Shown in pieces: positions 1-9,445 of a DNA stretch of 64,000 nt (position 1 is the first letter of the stretch; every line of letters begins with the position of its first letter). The notes beneath the pieces were generated by a model, which did no database searches, was not told the origin of the DNA, and saw only the letters and a list, made by a program, of their open reading frames with translations. The position numbers were made by a program, and so were the translations under genes. This stretch comes from an uncultured delta proteobacterium. GTDB lineage: Bacteria; Myxococcota; Myxococcia; Myxococcales; Myxococcaceae. The stretch is taken from positions 512,001-576,000 of the forward strand of contig CAVQKE010000004.1 of the NCBI GenBank assembly GCA_963713045.1, written 5' to 3'.

Positions 1-1010
1 ACTTCTCGAGGCCCATAGGCAAAGGCCGCCCGACGCGCTTCGAGCACGGTGTGGCCAAGTCGAGGTGATGCCACCGTCTGGAGCTCAGGCACCCGCGGCC
101 GCACAAAGCCTCGTTCGGCCATGAGCTTTCGCGCCCGTTCGATGCGAGCCTTACTCTTGGTTCGCCGCGCCTCGGGACCTCGACGTAACCACGCGACTTC
201 CTGCGCGATCCACCGGTCCCGCTTATGTTCTGCACGCTCGGCGTCTGCCTGTGCGACTAGCTTTTGCTCCAAGTAGTCCTGATAGTTCCCGGGGTATGAA
301 ACAACGCCGGCCCCAGGTTGAATCTCGATGATTCGGTCCACAAGGTCATCCAGGAAGTAGCGGTCATGGGTGACGAGCACCAAAGCGCTATCCAGGTCGT
401 CGAGCGCTTCCTCCAACCACTCGACGGTGTCAGCGTCGAGATGGTTGGTCGGTTCATCGAGCAACAGTAGGTCGGGCCGGGATAATAGAGCTCTGGCGAT
501 AGCAACCCGCTTTTGAAGGCCACCGGAGAGCTCGCTAATGGACCGGTCCCAGTCCTGGACGCCCAATCGGTCGAGGAGCGTCCGAGCCAGGTGCTTGGTG
601 TCCCAGCCACCTAGGTGTTCAATGCGCTCGGACAGCCTTGTGAGCTCTGCTACGCCCCGGTCCAAAGCCTGACCTGAGAGGCTGTCGAGTTGCTCGAGCT
701 GTCTCTCATGCTCGGCGAGGGCCCGACGGAGTGGCGCCTGCGCAACGGACAGCTCGCCTGCGATGGTCGCGGCATCAGGGAAAGAAGGCTCCTGGGGTAG
801 GTATGTAATTCGCGTGCCGCGCCGGAGCTGGCGCTGTCCGGCGTCCGGAAGAAGCTCACCGGACAGTAGCCGGAGCAGGGTGGACTTTCCCGACCCGTTG
901 ACGCCTACAAGTCCGACGCGCTCACCCTCCTCCACAACGACAGTGAGGTCGTCGAAGAGAACGCGACTCCCAAACGAGAGCGAAAGATCGGCGGCACGAA
1001 GTAGGGTCAT
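1..1010 (-). CDS. uup: ABC-F family ATP-binding protein, Uup-like (runs off the left edge; missing from the ORF track)
   Basis: My translation from ATG at 1010 gives MTLLRAADLSLSFGSRVLF..., with Walker A GVNGSGKST, signature LSGGLQKRV, LLLDEPTNHLD, VTHDRYFLD and the Uup-type linker WLRRGPEARRTKSKARI. Confidence 0.88.
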   Translation of the reverse strand, partial: MTLLRAADLSLSFGSRVLFDDLTVVVEEGERVGLVGVNGSGKSTLLRLLSGELLPDAGQRQLRRGTRITYLPQEPSFPDAATIAGELSVAQAPLRRALAEHERQLEQLDSLSGQALDRGVAELTRLSERIEHLGGWDTKHLARTLLDRLGVQDWDRSISELSGGLQKRVAIARALLSRPDLLLLDEPTNHLDADTVEWLEEALDDLDSALVLVTHDRYFLDDLVDRIIEIQPGAGVVSYPGNYQDYLEQKLVAQADAERAEHKRDRWIAQEVAWLRRGPEARRTKSKARIERARKLMAERGFVRPRVPELQTVASPRLGHTVLEARRAAFAYGPRE

Positions 1011-1091
1011 CGAGCGGATGGCATGCGCAAGACGCGAGCGCGAGTCAAGTGCTGCCAATCCCTGGGAGGGCCGGGATAGAGTGCGCTACCG

Positions 1092-1445
1092 ATGAGCGCA
1101 TGGTGCATCCTCCTGGCACTCTTGCTGGTCGCAGCCGGGGTAATGCACTTCGTTGCTCCTGCGGGCTACGCCCGCATCGTGCCCAAGTATCTCCCGGCGC
1201 CGCGTACGCTGGTCCTGGTGAGCGGAGTCTTCGAGATTCTAGGGGGCCTGGGGCTGCTCGTGCCGCAGACGCGCCCCTGGGCGGCTTGGGGACTGATTGC
1301 CCTGTTCATCGCGGTGTTCCCGGCCAACGTGAACATGGCCGTCAACCGCATTGGGTTCGGTCGTAAGCGTCCGCCATCATGGCTGTTGTGGGCGCGACTT
1401 CCTCTCCAGGCGGTCCTCATCGCCTGGGCTTACGTCTTCACATGA
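1092..1445 (+). CDS. DoxX-like small membrane protein
   Basis: 117 aa with several hydrophobic segments; motifs AGVMHF, SGVFEILGGLGLL, AVFPANVNMA, RLPLQ. Confidence 0.8.
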   Translation: MSAWCILLALLLVAAGVMHFVAPAGYARIVPKYLPAPRTLVLVSGVFEILGGLGLLVPQTRPWAAWGLIALFIAVFPANVNMAVNRIGFGRKRPPSWLLWARLPLQAVLIAWAYVFT

Positions 1446-1470
1446 GCTTGGGATCGGCAAGGAGGTCGCG

Positions 1471-1884
1471 ATGGCAGGCTACTCGAGCACGCCGCTTCCC
1501 AAGAAGCTTGGCATCAGGGAAGGCCAGCGCGTGGCCCTCATCGGCGCGCCTCGAGACTTCGCGGAAACCTTAGGTGAGCTCCCGAGCGGAGCCACGGTTC
1601 ACCGGAAAGTTTCGGCCAGATTAATGCCGCAAGTGGTCGTGTGGTTCGTATCGCGCCGCGCGGAGCTGGAGGGACGATTGAGCGCGCTTCGTGGGCAGAT
1701 GGCGCCCGCGACGAGCCTGTGGGTTGCGTGGCCCAAGAAGTCGTCCGGCGTCTCGACTGACGTGAGCGAGAATGGGATTCGCGAAGTCGCGCTTCCGACC
1801 GGTCTGGTCGACAACAAGGTGTGCGCGATTGACGAGACGTGGTCGGGGCTGCGCCTGGTGATCCGGCTTGAGCACCGCCGTTGA
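1471..1884 (+). CDS. DUF3052-like protein
   Basis: AAGGAGG RBS before ATG 1471; MAGYSSTPLPKKLGI, WVAWPKKSSGV, GLVDNKVCAIDETWSGLRLV. Confidence 0.8.
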   Translation: MAGYSSTPLPKKLGIREGQRVALIGAPRDFAETLGELPSGATVHRKVSARLMPQVVVWFVSRRAELEGRLSALRGQMAPATSLWVAWPKKSSGVSTDVSENGIREVALPTGLVDNKVCAIDETWSGLRLVIRLEHRR

Positions 1885-1927
1885 GCTACATCGGTACCGA
1901 ATTAGAGCGTCGCCCGGAGCTTCAGAG

Positions 1928-2248
1928 ATGAGCACGACCAGCGAGCACGTCATCATCTGGCAGTTCAGCGTTCGACCAGGACAGGAGGCCGACTTCGAGA
2001 CCGCCTATGGGCCGAAGGGGGAGTGGGCCAAGCTATTCGCTTTGAGTGCGGACTACCTAGGAACGGTGCTGCTACGAAACTCCGCTGATCCGCGGTGTTA
2101 CATGACCATTGATCGGTGGGCCTCGGCCGCTGCCTTCAGGCTTTTTCGCGAAACGCACGAGGCTGACTACGGAGCGCTAGACGCCAAGTGCGGGGCGTTG
2201 ACCGAAGCTGAGGTTGCGTCCGGAAGCTGGATGCCGGTTTGGCCGTAG
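1928..2248 (+). CDS. Antibiotic biosynthesis monooxygenase (ABM)-like dimeric alpha/beta-barrel protein
   Basis: IIWQFSVRPGQEADFETAYGPKGEWAKLF...YLGTVLLR...YMTIDRWAS pattern; ATG at 1928. Confidence 0.65.
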   Translation: MSTTSEHVIIWQFSVRPGQEADFETAYGPKGEWAKLFALSADYLGTVLLRNSADPRCYMTIDRWASAAAFRLFRETHEADYGALDAKCGALTEAEVASGSWMPVWP

Positions 2249-2266
2249 TTGACATAACGCACATTA

Positions 2267-3067
2267 TCAGACGTTCGGCCGCGAGGGACTTCTCAGTGTC
2301 AGTGAAGGAATGAAACCTCCCAGCAACCGGACAACGGGCTGCATGCCGCGGCGACGAACCCGGTCCCACCCCACGACCAGTAAGAGCAGATAGAAGCCGA
2401 AAGAGACGAGCACGTGCCACCACGCATGAAACTGCGGATTCGGGAGCCCACAAGCGGTCAATTGGGTCTTCAGCGCATCGCACCAGCGCAGGTCGATGAA
2501 CCAAAGCACGATGGCAGCGCCGTAGACGGCGATTCCGATCCGGAAGAGCCTTCGAACGGGCGCGTTCTGCAAGTCCCTACTCAGTCGATACACGCGCAGC
2601 AGGCAGAACAACTCAAGGAGAGCGAAGCTCACCTGAAACGCGTAGAACTGGAACTGACCACGCAAGAAGACTGCGGACAGCGTCGCGAGGAGCGCGTAGC
2701 CGAGCAAGAGACAAGGAAGCCACAGGCCGAAGTGCCGTATCGGTCCAGGTTCCGCGAGGAGATAGGCCATCAGTGTGACGAGGTAAAGCATCGGAAGCTC
2801 GTCGAGCATTTGGAATTCGAATCTCAACGTTCCGTGAAACCCTACGCTCCCGACACCGACGAGAAACAACAGGCCAAAAGCCATAAGAATCAGCGGGTTG
2901 AGCACTCTTCGATGAAGGAGGGCTCCCACGGCGCCGGCGGCAACCATGGCGAGGCTCGAAACGGTATTGAAGAACTCGCAGATGTAGGGTGTGACGACGT
3001 AGTTCGCTTCGCACCAGTCCACCGTAGAGGTCGGCGCTCCCCAAAACCCCGGCACGCCCGCGCTCAC
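2267..3067 (-). CDS. Alkaline ceramidase (CREST superfamily, ACER3/Ypc1-like), multi-pass membrane Zn hydrolase
   Basis: GFWGAPTSTVDWCEANY...EFFNTVS Ca-binding N-terminus, GSVGFH (SxxxH), QMLDELPM, QFHAWWH (HxxxH), and multiple hydrophobic helices. Confidence 0.92.
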   Translation of the reverse strand: MSAGVPGFWGAPTSTVDWCEANYVVTPYICEFFNTVSSLAMVAAGAVGALLHRRVLNPLILMAFGLLFLVGVGSVGFHGTLRFEFQMLDELPMLYLVTLMAYLLAEPGPIRHFGLWLPCLLLGYALLATLSAVFLRGQFQFYAFQVSFALLELFCLLRVYRLSRDLQNAPVRRLFRIGIAVYGAAIVLWFIDLRWCDALKTQLTACGLPNPQFHAWWHVLVSFGFYLLLLVVGWDRVRRRGMQPVVRLLGGFIPSLTLRSPSRPNV

Positions 3068-3101
3068 GATTGACGCTGGGTCAGACCAGGCGTGGTCGCG
3101 T

Positions 3102-4067
3102 TCACGCGCCGCTCACAGCTGCGACCCGGTCGCCAGCAGGCGACCACCAGGTTCCACCCACTGGAAGAATGTGCAGACGGCGCGGCGCTAGCCCTACCCG
3201 CGCCCACTCCTGTTTCAGTCGACGCGGCGGTTCGTCAAGCGGCTCGTCTGTCAGCTTAAACGTCCCCCAATGCATCGCCAGGAAGTCCCTGGCCCCCAGG
3301 TCCAAATAGGCCTGAACCGCTTGCTCGGGATTCATGTGCTGAGATTCCATGAACCAAGACGGCTCATAGGCCCCAATGGGAAGCATCGCCCCAGCCAGTT
3401 CTGGGAACCGCTTCCCGATTTCAGTGAACCCAGAAAAATAGGCAGTGTCTCCTGAGTGGTAAACGCGGGCGCCGTCCCCCTCGATGACGAAGCCGCCCCA
3501 AAGCATCTCATTCGCATCGAAGAGATACCGGCGACTCCAGTGTTGGCTTGGAACAAAGTGCGCCGTCGTGGAGCCGATGGATGCTGAATCCCACCAGCCC
3601 AATTCGTGGGTCTCGAGGCCAGCCTTTCGAAGCAAAGGTGAAGTCCCCTGCCCTGCCCACACCGGAGCGGCTACGTGCCGGAGCGTTGGGAGATCCAGGT
3701 GGTCGTAATGGTTGTGGGTCACCAGGCACGCATCAATTCGTGGCAGCTGCTCCAACCGGAGACCGGGCGGCACGTTTCGTCGGATGACCCCCGAGATCCG
3801 CTCGCTGAGGACGGGGTCGATGAGTATCGAGGTGCCAGCGACCTGGACGAGCCAGCTCGCATGGCCCAGCCACGTCAAACGAAACCCCTGGCCAGCCAAC
3901 GGGGGCTGGGAGAGGGCAGCGACGTCTGCCTCAGCAATCGGGACCGGCGCGCGCGATGGCGTCCGGCGTCGGTGGCCGGTCAGCCTATCGACCACCAACC
4001 AGCGTAGGACGTCTCGCGTGGGACGCGGACCCGTGCCATCCAGATTTAGGTACCGAAGTGTCTTCAC
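3102..4067 (-). CDS. MBL-fold metallohydrolase, NAPE-PLD/RomA-like
   Basis: TWLGHAS, LIDPV, THNHYDHLD, PSQHWSRR, HSGDTAY, LPIGAYEPSWFM...QHMNPEQAV, MHWGTF; GTG start. Confidence 0.88.
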   Translation of the reverse strand: MKTLRYLNLDGTGPRPTRDVLRWLVVDRLTGHRRRTPSRAPVPIAEADVAALSQPPLAGQGFRLTWLGHASWLVQVAGTSILIDPVLSERISGVIRRNVPPGLRLEQLPRIDACLVTHNHYDHLDLPTLRHVAAPVWAGQGTSPLLRKAGLETHELGWWDSASIGSTTAHFVPSQHWSRRYLFDANEMLWGGFVIEGDGARVYHSGDTAYFSGFTEIGKRFPELAGAMLPIGAYEPSWFMESQHMNPEQAVQAYLDLGARDFLAMHWGTFKLTDEPLDEPPRRLKQEWARVGLAPRRLHILPVGGTWWSPAGDRVAAVSGA

Positions 4068-4102
4068 GTTTTCCTACCTAATCCCCTAGCGTCTGGTCTT
4101 CC

Positions 4103-4654
4103 ATGAAGAAGCAGCTGCATTGCTGGGCTCCCGCGCTTGGGGCGATTTTGATTCTTGCGGCGGGCTGCGGCCCTCGCCTCGGGGCTGCCGCGGATGCCGG
4201 TGTGCTCCTCGTCACGTCAACCGACGCCGGCCCAGCTGTGGCGCTCGAGTTTCGGATTGAAGTCCAACAACCCGACGGCGGGCGAGTCTCCGCCGTGCTC
4301 GACCCGGCCGTGGTCGCGGTCCTCCCAGTAACTCGGGCGCTGGACGTCACCGCAAATCTGCCGCTTCAGAACTACCGGGTCCGCATCTTTGACGAAATCG
4401 ACCGGGCCCTTGCTTCAGACGACAGCCCCGACGAGACGTCCGCCGGACTCCGCTACCACGTCGGCCTATTGGCTCCCCTCCGGGCTGGGCACCGCTACGT
4501 TGTGTTGGTTGACGCCCAAAAAGGGTCGGCTTTCGAAGATGGAAGTGGTGCGAGCCAAACTGAACGCCGGTTTGAATTTCGGACCGAAGGCGAGCGAGAA
4601 AAGGACGTTCCGGTGAAGGGGACCCAGGTCAAACACCGCCATCGTGGTACCTGA
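4103..4654 (+). CDS. Hypothetical lipoprotein
   Basis: Signal peptide with lipobox LAAGC; ADAG/TDAG/PDGG motifs; beta-rich body. Confidence 0.6.
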   Translation: MKKQLHCWAPALGAILILAAGCGPRLGAAADAGVLLVTSTDAGPAVALEFRIEVQQPDGGRVSAVLDPAVVAVLPVTRALDVTANLPLQNYRVRIFDEIDRALASDDSPDETSAGLRYHVGLLAPLRAGHRYVVLVDAQKGSAFEDGSGASQTERRFEFRTEGEREKDVPVKGTQVKHRHRGT

Positions 4655-4752
4655 GGCCGACCACGCTCGGCAGGGCTGGGAGCGGCGTCAGCTGATGCGA
4701 CCTGGTTCCTATCCCGACTGTCTTCGTTAGACGAGCAGTGACGCCAAGTCAG

Positions 4753-5571
4753 CTAACCCAGCCCAAGGACGAGACGGCTCACGTCGTAGAGGACCTCCCC
4801 ACGTTCCCACACTGAGATTCGCTCTCCGTCGAACGCCAGCTGCTCAACCGCCAGGTTGTAGGTGGCATCCGCGAGCGCGCGGAGCTGAAAAGCGTCGTAA
4901 AGGTTGTACTCGACCAGAAACCTCAGTGCCGCCAGCTCGTCATTGACTAGCCAGGTCCGCCAGAGGAGCACGGCCTGGAAACCGCTTACCCCACGAAGAT
5001 GTGGCGGCCGCGGAATGCCAACCAGCTGCTCCACAGCCTTGAGGCCTCCCCGAAGCCCCACGCGCCTGCAAAGATGGCGCAGGTCTAGGTGCACGACCGG
5101 CTCCGGCAGCTGCGGACAGTGCTTCCTTAGGACGGGAACATCGAAGCAGCGACCATTAAAGGTTACCCAAAGTCGGGAGCGGGAAAGGGCCTCCGGAAGG
5201 GCCTCCAGATTCCGTCCTCGCACAAAAACGTGAAGCCCTCTCTGGTCAAAGAGGCTGACCACGGTCGGCTGGCCGTTTGCAGCACCATCCGTCTCAATGT
5301 CGAGGAAGACCGCCTCATCCAAGAAGACCGGGTAAAGGCGCCAGTGCTCACGTGAGGGCAAGAGCCCCGCCAGGCGCGGAAGGTCTCGGTCGGCCAGCGC
5401 GGTTTCAGCCTCCGCGATCCGCGCTACGAGCGATTCGGCCTGCCTGGAAGGCAGCTCGCTGAGCTGCGGTGCATCGCGAAAGGCGTCCCAGCTGAGGAGA
5501 CCACGCGACCAAAGATCTCGCTCCCGCCAAGGGCCAATCCCCGGCAAGAGCTGAAACGAGCGCTCAATCAC
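4753..5571 (-). CDS. YprB/RNase H-like (DEDD) exonuclease-domain protein
   Basis: N-terminal HhH-like LPGIGP; FLDIETDG, TFNGRCFDVP, GGLKAVEQ, EYNLYD; overlaps the upstream gene by 4 nt. Confidence 0.82.
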   Translation of the reverse strand: MIERSFQLLPGIGPWRERDLWSRGLLSWDAFRDAPQLSELPSRQAESLVARIAEAETALADRDLPRLAGLLPSREHWRLYPVFLDEAVFLDIETDGAANGQPTVVSLFDQRGLHVFVRGRNLEALPEALSRSRLWVTFNGRCFDVPVLRKHCPQLPEPVVHLDLRHLCRRVGLRGGLKAVEQLVGIPRPPHLRGVSGFQAVLLWRTWLVNDELAALRFLVEYNLYDAFQLRALADATYNLAVEQLAFDGERISVWERGEVLYDVSRLVLGLG

Positions 5572-6002
5572 CCCAGGAGTCTGCCTCGTCCCTCCGACGC
5601 CTCCTGTAGCAAGGCTTGGACTAGGGGCCAGTCGGCCTCGCAGAATGGCAGGGCTCTTAACTCTTCCGAAGTGGCGCTTTTGAGCACCTGCCCTGCTTGA
5701 GCTCTTGGGGTGCCACCCACAATTCGCGCCTGGTACACGTACAGATCGACTTCAGTCTCGGGGTAGGTGTGATGCGTATGGAAGCGCTCTGGTCCGATTT
5801 CGAGGTCCACCCCGAGCTCTTCATGAGCTTCCCGACGTAGCGCAGAGTCGTCCGACTCTCCCTGCTCTACCTTTCCGCCGGGAAATTCCCACAGGAGGCC
5901 ACGTTGCTTTCCGGCGGGACGTTGCTGGACGAGGACACGTCTTCCGCCGTCAATGGCAATGAGCGCCGCAACTACCCGCACTCGGCGGGTAAGTGGGCTC
6001 AT
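5568..6002 (-). CDS. mutT: MutT-like NUDIX nucleoside triphosphate pyrophosphohydrolase
   Basis: Nudix box WEFPGGKVEQGESDDSALRREAHEELG, plus HTYPE and FCEAD. Confidence 0.85.
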   Translation of the reverse strand: MSPLTRRVRVVAALIAIDGGRRVLVQQRPAGKQRGLLWEFPGGKVEQGESDDSALRREAHEELGVDLEIGPERFHTHHTYPETEVDLYVYQARIVGGTPRAQAGQVLKSATSEELRALPFCEADWPLVQALLQEASEGRGRLLG

Positions 6003-7147
6003 CCCGAGCCCCGCGCGACGTTCATTTCGAGTGAGTAAACGAATCCGAGGTTGGACAGCAAATACACATTGAGGCCGTGAACCTCCGGAGTCGCCGTGAT
6101 GCCCCTTCCCGGATCGAAACGAAGTCGGACTAAGCCAGAAGACGGGTCAACGAAAAGCAAGGCCGCACCTGTCGGCACCAGCAACCACCCTGCGGCCAAT
6201 GCGGGCTGAAGGCCTGCGCGATCGACAAGCTTCGTTGTCCACAGCACTTTACCCGAAGAAGTCTCGACCGCGATGATTCGCGCGTCGCCACTCGCATAGA
6301 CCACGTCGCCCTTCCCCACCAGGCCCACCATGCCGGTGATGACGGTTTGCCAGATTGTCTCGCCGCTGCCCGGGTCGACGCAGAACAATCCGTCCCTATA
6401 GTCGGCGACGATGACGTTGCCCTTGGGGTCGAACACGGGCGGGGAATCGACGTCGATGAATTGACCGCTAGCGGAAAGAGAGCGATCCCACACGACCGCG
6501 CCACTCTCGAGTCGTAGTGCCGAGAAATGACCGTCGGAAAACCCGACGTAGACAACTCCGTCGCGCACTGCAGGACGACTCGCGCCACGGATGGTGAACC
6601 CAGCGGGTGTGTCTCGGCGATACTGCCAAAGCCACTTCCCAGTCGCTGCCTCGATGGCGAAGAGCGTGTCATTCTGCGACGCCACCAAGACCCGTCCGTC
6701 GGCGACAACCGGGACGGTTACCAAGTCTTCGCCGGTTTCATATTTCCAGAAGAGCTCACCGGTGTCGGCGCGAAAACAGTAAAGAAAGCCGTCCCCTCCT
6801 GGAGCAAACACGAAGCCGTCAACAACCTCTGGCCCGGCACTGAAGGGCTGCCCGGCGACAAACCGCCAGATGACCCGCCCCCTGTTGTCAACACTTCGTA
6901 GAACGCCATCGCGTGTTCCGGCAACCACGCGCTGGTTGATGCTGTCGGCGCCGGGCCGCGCCGGTTCTCGAGGGCCAAACTCCAGAGTGGGCGCGTCGAC
7001 CAGCTTTTGCCACCAGGTGATGGTGTAGATGGCCAACACGTCGGTGTCGATCTTCTGGTACGGATCAATGGCATAGCCACGGCGAGCGCTGGCGCAGCCG
7101 GCAGTCGCTGCGAGGAAGAGTAGAAACGCTCGCGAAGGCCTCCTCAT
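5999..7147 (-). CDS. bamB: PQQ-type beta-propeller lipoprotein, BamB-like
   Basis: Lipobox TAGC; repeated ...TGxxxW propeller blades; lies downstream of der and a yfgM-like gene. Confidence 0.75.
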   Translation of the reverse strand: MRRPSRAFLLFLAATAGCASARRGYAIDPYQKIDTDVLAIYTITWWQKLVDAPTLEFGPREPARPGADSINQRVVAGTRDGVLRSVDNRGRVIWRFVAGQPFSAGPEVVDGFVFAPGGDGFLYCFRADTGELFWKYETGEDLVTVPVVADGRVLVASQNDTLFAIEAATGKWLWQYRRDTPAGFTIRGASRPAVRDGVVYVGFSDGHFSALRLESGAVVWDRSLSASGQFIDVDSPPVFDPKGNVIVADYRDGLFCVDPGSGETIWQTVITGMVGLVGKGDVVYASGDARIIAVETSSGKVLWTTKLVDRAGLQPALAAGWLLVPTGAALLFVDPSSGLVRLRFDPGRGITATPEVHGLNVYLLSNLGFVYSLEMNVARGSG

Positions 7148-7935
7148 CCAGCGTCCGGACGGGCTGGCACAGCCACTTGAGCCTTTAAAGCTGCCGGAGG
7201 CTGGATACCCTGGGCTGCAAGTAACGCCAGTCGGTCCTGCGCCAGAGTGGCAGCTGCCGTTCCGGGCTTGTTGGTTACGACCTCCTCAAAGGCCTGGGCA
7301 GCCTCTAGCTTTTTCCCTTGAAGGACAAGGACTCGTGCGCGGTGGTACAGGCCCATCCCAGCGAGGAATCCCCCTGCATCCTCTCGACTCATCAGGTCAA
7401 AGGCTTCGAGCGCGCGCTCGAGTTCCCCCTTCGCCTCCCAAGCGTATCCCTCGCCTTCCAGTGCCGACACTCGCAGCAGCTGTCCCGGGGTAGATCGCGA
7501 AAGGAAATCGGCGAAGTGCGCAAGTGCGCCGTCGGACTGCGCAAGCCGAAGTTCGCCGTCTCCCAGCGGAAGCGCGGCAGTCGTTGCGGGGAGCGTGCCC
7601 GCGAACTCCGCTCGAAAAGGGGTAAGCGCAGCGACAAGAGCCTGATCCTTTTCGGCTTGGCTAGCGTAGGGCGTTTGGTCGTCGCCGGGAACGGCTTCCC
7701 CCACGGGCCGGTCGAGCACTTTGAGCGCATGGCCGAGTCCGCGGGCGGCCAGCTGGGCACGTCGGTTGGCGAGCGAGGAGACGACCCCTGCGACCAGCGC
7801 CGCGACCACCACAAGGACCGCCGCCCCTAACAAGACGATGCGGCGCTGCTCGAGCCAGCGGCGAACGACGGAGCCGACGCGCTGAAACGCGTCAGGAGCC
7901 CGCAACTCCTTCTGAGTGAGGCGGTGGGTGGACAA
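7144..7935 (-). CDS. YfgM-like membrane-anchored TPR protein
   Basis: KELRAPDAFQ N-terminus, a single TM helix, TPR-like helices; adjacent to the bamB-like gene. Confidence 0.75.
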   Translation of the reverse strand: MSTHRLTQKELRAPDAFQRVGSVVRRWLEQRRIVLLGAAVLVVVAALVAGVVSSLANRRAQLAARGLGHALKVLDRPVGEAVPGDDQTPYASQAEKDQALVAALTPFRAEFAGTLPATTAALPLGDGELRLAQSDGALAHFADFLSRSTPGQLLRVSALEGEGYAWEAKGELERALEAFDLMSREDAGGFLAGMGLYHRARVLVLQGKKLEAAQAFEEVVTNKPGTAAATLAQDRLALLAAQGIQPPAALKAQVAVPARPDAG

Positions 7936-8077
7936 CCGTCATTCTCCTGGCCAAAGGGGCGCGGGACTGTAGTGACCGCTGGAGCAGTGTGTCAACGAAG
8001 ACAAAGCGGCACCGCCACAAACTTCGAGCGCGAGATGCCCTTGGGGCATTCTTGCCCCGCCAACACTGCATCGGACG

Positions 8078-9445
8078 CTAACCGGATGGTCTCTTCCGCT
8101 GCGGCGCACTGGTGTGCCCGGGCCGTTCGCGGAACACCAAGTGCAAGGGAACGCGCAGCCCCAGCGCCTCACGGAGTTGGTTCGTTAGGTAGCGACGGTA
8201 GGCTTTCGTGACAGAACGCGGGCGGTTGCAGGTGATCGCGAAGGTTGGCGGCGAGCTGGCGACCTGGGTGATGTAATAAAACCGCAGCGGTCGACCGCCG
8301 TCTGAGGGCGCAGCGTGCGCGTCCACCGCCTTTTGCATAAGGCGATTGAGCATCGGCGTCCGGGCTCGAAAGCGGAACTGTTCAAACAGCTGAACTGCAA
8401 TGTCGAGCACCTTGCTGACTTGGCGCCCCCCCTGCAGTGCGGAACCAAACAAGATGGGAGCGTAGGGAACGAAGCGCAGCTGCCACTTGAGGGTCTCGCG
8501 AAATTTGTCTTGCTTGCGCTCGTCCCGGCTCACCAGGTCCCACTTGTTCACGAACACAACGAGGGCCCTGCCCTTTTGCTCGACGATGCCGGCGAGGCGG
8601 GCATCCTGTTCGACGCCCGGCTCGGTTGCATCCAAAACCAGCACAGCCACGTCGCTACGGTCGACGCTTCGGAGGGCCCCGAGGATGCTGACCCGCTCGA
8701 CGCGCTCAGCCAGTGCCCGCTTCTTTCGAATGCCAGCGGTGTCGGTCAGCACAATGGGACTGCCAGCGTGGACCAACTCCGTATCAATTGGGTCGCGGGT
8801 CGTTCCGGGGAGAGGACCAGCGAGCTGGCGCTCCTGGCCCACGAGCGCGTTGAGTAGGGTGCTCTTGCCCACATTCGGTCTGCCGATGATGGCAACGCGA
8901 ATCGAATCGCCGAGGTCAGGAATCCCAGGCGCAGTGCCTTCAGCAAGCGGCGGAAGCTGAGCCACGCCCGCATCGAGCAAGGCATCGATTCCGAGTGCGT
9001 GCTCGGCGGAAACGGGGAACACTTCAGGGAACCCAAGCTGGTAGAATTCAGCCGCTCCCGCCTCGGCGGTGGGTGCGTGGTCGAGTTTGTTCACGACCAC
9101 GAGTACGGGCTTCCCACTCTTCCGCAAGATGGCGGCGATTTCCGTGTCAGCGGTCACAAGCCCGGCACGGCCGTCGACGAGAAACAACACTAGGTCCGAA
9201 GTCTCGACAGCAATCTCGGCCTGCGCGCGAACGCCTTCGAGGACGTCATCGGAGCCTCCCGGTACGAAACCGCCGGTGTCCACGATGCTCAAGTCACGGC
9301 CGGCCCACGAGATGTCGGCATAGTGACGGTCTCTCGTGACGCCGGGAAGGTCCTCCACCAACGCCAGCCGTCGGCCGACCAGCCGGTTGAAGAGGGTGCT
9401 CTTTCCAACGTTGGGGCGACCGACAAGAGCGAGAAGGGGCTTCAC
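8078..9445 (-). CDS. der: Ribosome biogenesis GTPase Der (EngA)
   Basis: Two GRPNVGKST P-loops, PGVTRD/PGTTRD, DTGG/DTAG, NKLD/NKWD and a KH-like C-terminus. Confidence 0.97.
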   Translation of the reverse strand: MKPLLALVGRPNVGKSTLFNRLVGRRLALVEDLPGVTRDRHYADISWAGRDLSIVDTGGFVPGGSDDVLEGVRAQAEIAVETSDLVLFLVDGRAGLVTADTEIAAILRKSGKPVLVVVNKLDHAPTAEAGAAEFYQLGFPEVFPVSAEHALGIDALLDAGVAQLPPLAEGTAPGIPDLGDSIRVAIIGRPNVGKSTLLNALVGQERQLAGPLPGTTRDPIDTELVHAGSPIVLTDTAGIRKKRALAERVERVSILGALRSVDRSDVAVLVLDATEPGVEQDARLAGIVEQKGRALVVFVNKWDLVSRDERKQDKFRETLKWQLRFVPYAPILFGSALQGGRQVSKVLDIAVQLFEQFRFRARTPMLNRLMQKAVDAHAAPSDGGRPLRFYYITQVASSPPTFAITCNRPRSVTKAYRRYLTNQLREALGLRVPLHLVFRERPGHTSAPQRKRPSG

